From the sequence record DRR723986_8671: DNA of 43,300 nt; one strand, 5' to 3'. Shown piece by piece: positions 39,568 to 43,300 of the stretch (within the stretch, counting starts at the first letter, position 1; the number at the start of each line of letters is the position of its first letter). Made by a program: the position numbers and the translations under genes. Below the pieces are notes generated by a model. That model was given only the letters and a program-made list of their open reading frames with translations. It searched no databases and was not told the origin of the DNA.

Positions 39568-40722
39568 ATGACCGACACCATAAAAAGCGCAGTCATGGAA
39601 CGACTGAGGCAGATCAAGGGACCAGACCTTGAAGGCGATATCGTCTCGTTGGGCCTTGTCTCGGACGTTTTTGTTTCCGATGGCCGTGTTGTTTTTTCCA
39701 TCACTGTTCCTGCAGAACGCGCACAGGAGCTTGAGCCTCTGCGCCAGGCCGCTGAAAAGGTGGTCAAGGAAGTGGATGGCGTCGAAACCGTGATGGTCGC
39801 GCTGACTGCCGAACGGGCGGCAGGTGGCGCTCGCAATGCGGCACCACAATCAGCTCCCAAACCAGCCCCCCAACAGCCTCGGCGACCTGCGGAAGAGCAG
39901 GCGCCTGCAAAACCGGGAGTGCCGGGCATCAAGCACATTGTTGCGGTTGCGTCCGGCAAGGGGGGTGTTGGCAAATCCACCACCACGGCGAACCTTGCCT
40001 TGGCGATGGCCTCTCTCGGCAAGAAGGTCGGCGTCCTGGATGCCGATATCTACGGTCCTTCGGTGCCGCGGCTGTTCAATGTTTCCGGCAGGCCGGAAGC
40101 TTTGTCGGGCAGGATGCTCAAGCCAATGGAAGGCTATGGCATCAAGGTGATGTCCATGGGCTTCATGGTGGAAGAGGAAACGCCAATGATCTGGCGTGGA
40201 CCGATGGTTATTTCCGCGCTTACCCAGATGCTGCGCGAAGTGGCTTGGGGCGAACTTGACGTCCTTGTGGTCGACATGCCACCGGGAACCGGCGACGCCC
40301 AGCTCACCATGGCCCAGCAAGTGCCGCTGGCCGGAGCAGTGATCGTGTCGACACCGCAGGACCTTGCCCTGATCGATGCCCGCAAGGGTCTCAACATGTT
40401 CAAGCGTGTCGATGTTCCCGTGCTGGGGATTGTCGAGAACATGAGCTACTTCCTTTGCCCCGATTGCGGTGGTCGCCATGATATCTTCGGCCATGGCGGA
40501 GCGCGTGCGGAAGCGGACCGGCTGAAGGTTCCTTTCCTGGGCGAAGTTCCCTTGACGATGAAGATCCGTGAAACCTCCGATGCCGGAACACCGGTGGTGG
40601 TGTCCGATCCGGAAGGCTCGGTCGCAGGCATCTACAAGGACATTGCCGCCAAGGTACTCGACAGCATTGATCGGGAGAGCGCGGAACCCACACGAGCCGC
40701 CCCCAACATCGTCTTCGATTGA
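39568..40722 (+). CDS. apbC: Mrp/NBP35 iron-sulfur cluster carrier ATPase
   Basis: N-terminal DUF59-like domain, ASGKGGVGKST, DADIYGPS, DMPPGTGD and ENMS..CPDC. Confidence 0.95.
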   Translation: MTDTIKSAVMERLRQIKGPDLEGDIVSLGLVSDVFVSDGRVVFSITVPAERAQELEPLRQAAEKVVKEVDGVETVMVALTAERAAGGARNAAPQSAPKPAPQQPRRPAEEQAPAKPGVPGIKHIVAVASGKGGVGKSTTTANLALAMASLGKKVGVLDADIYGPSVPRLFNVSGRPEALSGRMLKPMEGYGIKVMSMGFMVEEETPMIWRGPMVISALTQMLREVAWGELDVLVVDMPPGTGDAQLTMAQQVPLAGAVIVSTPQDLALIDARKGLNMFKRVDVPVLGIVENMSYFLCPDCGGRHDIFGHGGARAEADRLKVPFLGEVPLTMKIRETSDAGTPVVVSDPEGSVAGIYKDIAAKVLDSIDRESAEPTRAAPNIVFD

Positions 40723-40777
40723 TACAGGGCAGGGTCGATCCCTGGGTAATTCCTGATTAGGCGACGAGACAAGTTTT

Positions 40778-40805
40778 GGCCACGGCGAGAGCTGTGGCCT
40801 TTTTT
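40778..40805 (+). terminator. Rho-independent terminator
   Basis: GGCCACGGC-GAGA-GCTGTGGCC followed by TTTTTT. Confidence 0.85.
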
Positions 40806-41017
40806 CGTCCGGGTTTAGCTGGCTGCAGGACTAGTGGTGTTGATCGCAGATGTATCCGTGAAATGCAGCAATTTTCACCCGTTGTGGAGGCTCCGATCAA
40901 GCTTGCAAAGTTGAAACAATTTCAAAGCCAATGAGGGAAAAAATTAGCGGTTTCTGCCGTCTTTCGATGTTGGGCCTGTAACAATTCAGGTTTTCACGTC
41001 CGGATCACGCGGCCAAT

Positions 41018-41039
41018 ATATATTCGAACCTGAATATAT
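41018..41039. promoter_or_regulatory. Palindromic operator upstream of the MFS efflux gene
   Basis: ATATATTC-GAACCT-GAATATAT, 40 nt before the ATG. Confidence 0.55.
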
Positions 41040-41078
41040 CGCCCGCGAGGGTGAAAACCAAAAGGTTCCTTCCCGGGC

Positions 41079-42317
41079 ATGCTCACCAGCCGAACTCAGA
41101 CTTCCAGCACCGATGCCAAACCATCCCTGGCGGTGCTTGTAGCGATTTCATCGGTCAGCCCGCTTGCCATGCAGATATACCTGCCGTCCCTGGCAGGAAT
41201 GATGGTGGTCTTTTCCGCAACTGCGGGAGAGATCCAGCTGTCGATGTCCGCTTATTTCATCGCGGTTGCGGTTTCCCAGTTGTTCTGGGGACCCTTGTCG
41301 GATCAGTTCGGCCGCCGGCCGGTAATCATTCTCGGCATGGCTTTGTTCGTAATCGGCAGCGTGTTCTGTCTGTTTGCACAAACAATCGAAGCCTTGATCG
41401 CGGCCCGGGTTCTTCAGGCAGCCGGTGGCTGTACGGGAATGGTCCTTGGCCGTGCGATCCTGCGTGATCTCTACAGCCCCAAGCAGGCGGCCAGCATGAT
41501 CGGCTATGTCACCATGGGCATGGCAGTGATGCCGACAGTGGCACCAGCAATCGGCGGAATTCTGGATCAATACTATGGCTGGCAGGGCGGGTTTGTGCTG
41601 CTGCTGATGTTCGGAGTGGCGGTTCTGTGGGCAAGCATTGCGCTTCTGCCTGAAACGCACCTGAACCGAAAAGCGGCCGGGGGGCGGCAGATCCTGAAAT
41701 CCTACGCGACCCTCTGCCGTGAACCGCTCTACTGGAGCTACAGTCTGACAGCGGCGTCCAACGCGCTTGCCTACTTCGCCTATCTGGGAGGGGCTCCCTT
41801 TATCGCCGCCGATCTCCTGTCCCTGAGTGCGCAGGAAATGGGGTTCTACTTCATGTTCGTGGCGCTCGGTTATATCGCTGGAAACTTCATCTCCGGCCGG
41901 TTTGCCGAGCGAGTTGGCCTGTTTCGGATGATACTGTCCGGCACTCTTATCGGCATTGTCTGCGTGGCGATAATCTCCGGGTTTGCCTATTTCGGAGCGT
42001 TGAGCGCACCCAGCCTCTTCCTGCCGATGTTCCTTCTTGGTCTCGGCAATGGGGTCTGCCTGCCAAGTGCATTGTCCGGTGCTGTCAGCGTACGGCCGGA
42101 GTTGACGGGAGCTGCTTCCGGCCTGACGGCCTCACTTCAGGTCGCCATGGGCGCACTGGCCGGATCCATCGTCGCCTCGCTGTATGCCGATGGTCTGCTG
42201 GCCTCCTCGCCCTGGGGCATGATCCTGATGATGGGACTGGGCATCGGGTGCAGCCTGATCGCGACCGTCTGCATCAGGTTCTACACCACGCGCGCCGACC
42301 TCGTTCCGGCAGAATAG
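41079..42317 (+). CDS. Bcr/CflA family multidrug efflux MFS transporter
   Basis: MQIYLPSL, GPLSDQFGRRPV, ARVLQAAG and APAIGG; about 12 hydrophobic segments. Confidence 0.92.
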   Translation: MLTSRTQTSSTDAKPSLAVLVAISSVSPLAMQIYLPSLAGMMVVFSATAGEIQLSMSAYFIAVAVSQLFWGPLSDQFGRRPVIILGMALFVIGSVFCLFAQTIEALIAARVLQAAGGCTGMVLGRAILRDLYSPKQAASMIGYVTMGMAVMPTVAPAIGGILDQYYGWQGGFVLLLMFGVAVLWASIALLPETHLNRKAAGGRQILKSYATLCREPLYWSYSLTAASNALAYFAYLGGAPFIAADLLSLSAQEMGFYFMFVALGYIAGNFISGRFAERVGLFRMILSGTLIGIVCVAIISGFAYFGALSAPSLFLPMFLLGLGNGVCLPSALSGAVSVRPELTGAASGLTASLQVAMGALAGSIVASLYADGLLASSPWGMILMMGLGIGCSLIATVCIRFYTTRADLVPAE

Positions 42318-42381
42318 TTTTGCCGGTTTTCAAGGGCGCTGAACTTGCCGCTGCCTGGGTGGTAACTGAAGTTTTGGCTGT

Positions 42382-43300
42382 TTAACCGCCAGTGACGCTC
42401 ATGTGCCGGGAAACTGCAGGCTGGTTGCGGTTCCGGTCAATCACGAAATCATGCCCTTTTGGCTTCCGCCCGATGGCCTCATCGATTGCATCGTTCAGAA
42501 GGTCGTTGCCTTCCGAAGCGCGCAGAGGCGCCCGAAGATCCGACATGTCTTCCTGACCAAGGCACATGTATAGCTGGCCGGTGCAAGTGACCCGCACCCG
42601 GTTGCAGCTTTCACAGAAGTTATGCGTCATCGGCGTGATGAAGCCGAGACGACCACCGGTTTCCTCGATAGTCACATACCGGGCGGGTCCGCCGGTCTTG
42701 TAGGGGATGTCCGTCAATGTGAATTGCTCGCCCAGACGGGCACGCACGGTCGAGAGCGGCAGATACTGGTCCGTGCGGTCGCCGTCGATCTCGCCAAGAG
42801 GCATGGTCTCGATCAGGGTCAGGTCATGACCGTGCTCATGACACCACTCAAGCATCGTCACGATCTCATGCTCGTTGACGTCCTTGAGAGCAACCATATT
42901 GATCTTGATCTGGAGGCCTGCGGCAGTCGCTGTGCGGATTCCGTCCATGACCTTGCCAAGGTCGCCCCAGCGGGTGACTGCCTTGAATTTCTGCGGATCG
43001 AGCGTATCGATCGACACATTGATCCGGCGCACGCCGCAATCGTAGAGTTCCTGCGCGTAGCGGGCGAGCTGCGAGCCGTTGGTGGTCAGGGTCAACTCTT
43101 CCAGAGCGCCACTGTCCAGATGCCGGCCAAGGCTGCGGATAAGGCTCATGATATTCTTGCGGACCAGCGGCTCACCGCCGGTCAGGCGCAGTTTACGGAC
43201 GCCTTTTTCAATGAAGGCAGTGCACAGGCGGTCGAGCTCTTCAAGGCTGAGCACTTCGCGTTTGGGCAGGAAGGTCATGTCTTCCGCCATGCAATACACG
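42382..43300 (-). CDS. moaA: GTP 3',8-cyclase MoaA, 5'-truncated by the window edge
   Basis: End of the radical SAM motif (YCM), [29 protein letters not shown] and C-terminal MSVTGG. Confidence 0.96.
   Translation of the reverse strand, partial: VYCMAEDMTFLPKREVLSLEELDRLCTAFIEKGVRKLRLTGGEPLVRKNIMSLIRSLGRHLDSGALEELTLTTNGSQLARYAQELYDCGVRRINVSIDTLDPQKFKAVTRWGDLGKVMDGIRTATAAGLQIKINMVALKDVNEHEIVTMLEWCHEHGHDLTLIETMPLGEIDGDRTDQYLPLSTVRARLGEQFTLTDIPYKTGGPARYVTIEETGGRLGFITPMTHNFCESCNRVRVTCTGQLYMCLGQEDMSDLRAPLRASEGNDLLNDAIDEAIGRKPKGHDFVIDRNRNQPAVSRHMSVTGG

Overview
Chromosomal window from a GC-rich marine alphaproteobacterium; gene content and synteny suggest Stappiaceae, Roseibium/Labrenzia-like (inference). 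Bases 1-6360 are the 3' end of an NRPS gene cluster: a terminal A(Gly-type code)-PCP-TE module, an HpaB/PvcC/SgcC-type flavin monooxygenase, MbtH, a SyrD/PvdE-type peptide exporter and an Sfp-type PPTase. This cluster abuts the 5' end of dusA, a known island-integration hotspot. The rest is mostly core or metabolic genes: dusA, a clan AA aspartic protease, DUF1289, a DUF900 lipoprotein, cobS/cobT, an orphan PleC/DivJ-like kinase, UDG, a DecR-like Lrp, AraC-VOC, a TetR-controlled proline-betaine (stachydrine) demethylation cluster, DUF302, AlkD, a beta-hydroxyacid dehydrogenase, two LysR regulators, a trans-sulfuration enzyme, a His/Arg-type ABC system lacking its ATPase, GST, a Tat-exported metallo-beta-lactamase, fdhD-mobA-mobB-moeA, an interrupted benE, a degenerate BLUF protein, GNAT, SDR, Mrp/ApbC, a Bcr/CflA MFS pump and partial moaA. 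Features not in the ORF track include a 50-aa small ORF divergent from a LysR, a sigma54 promoter upstream of a hypothetical gene, and several palindromic operators. No rRNA, tRNA, CRISPR array, transposase or integrase was seen.
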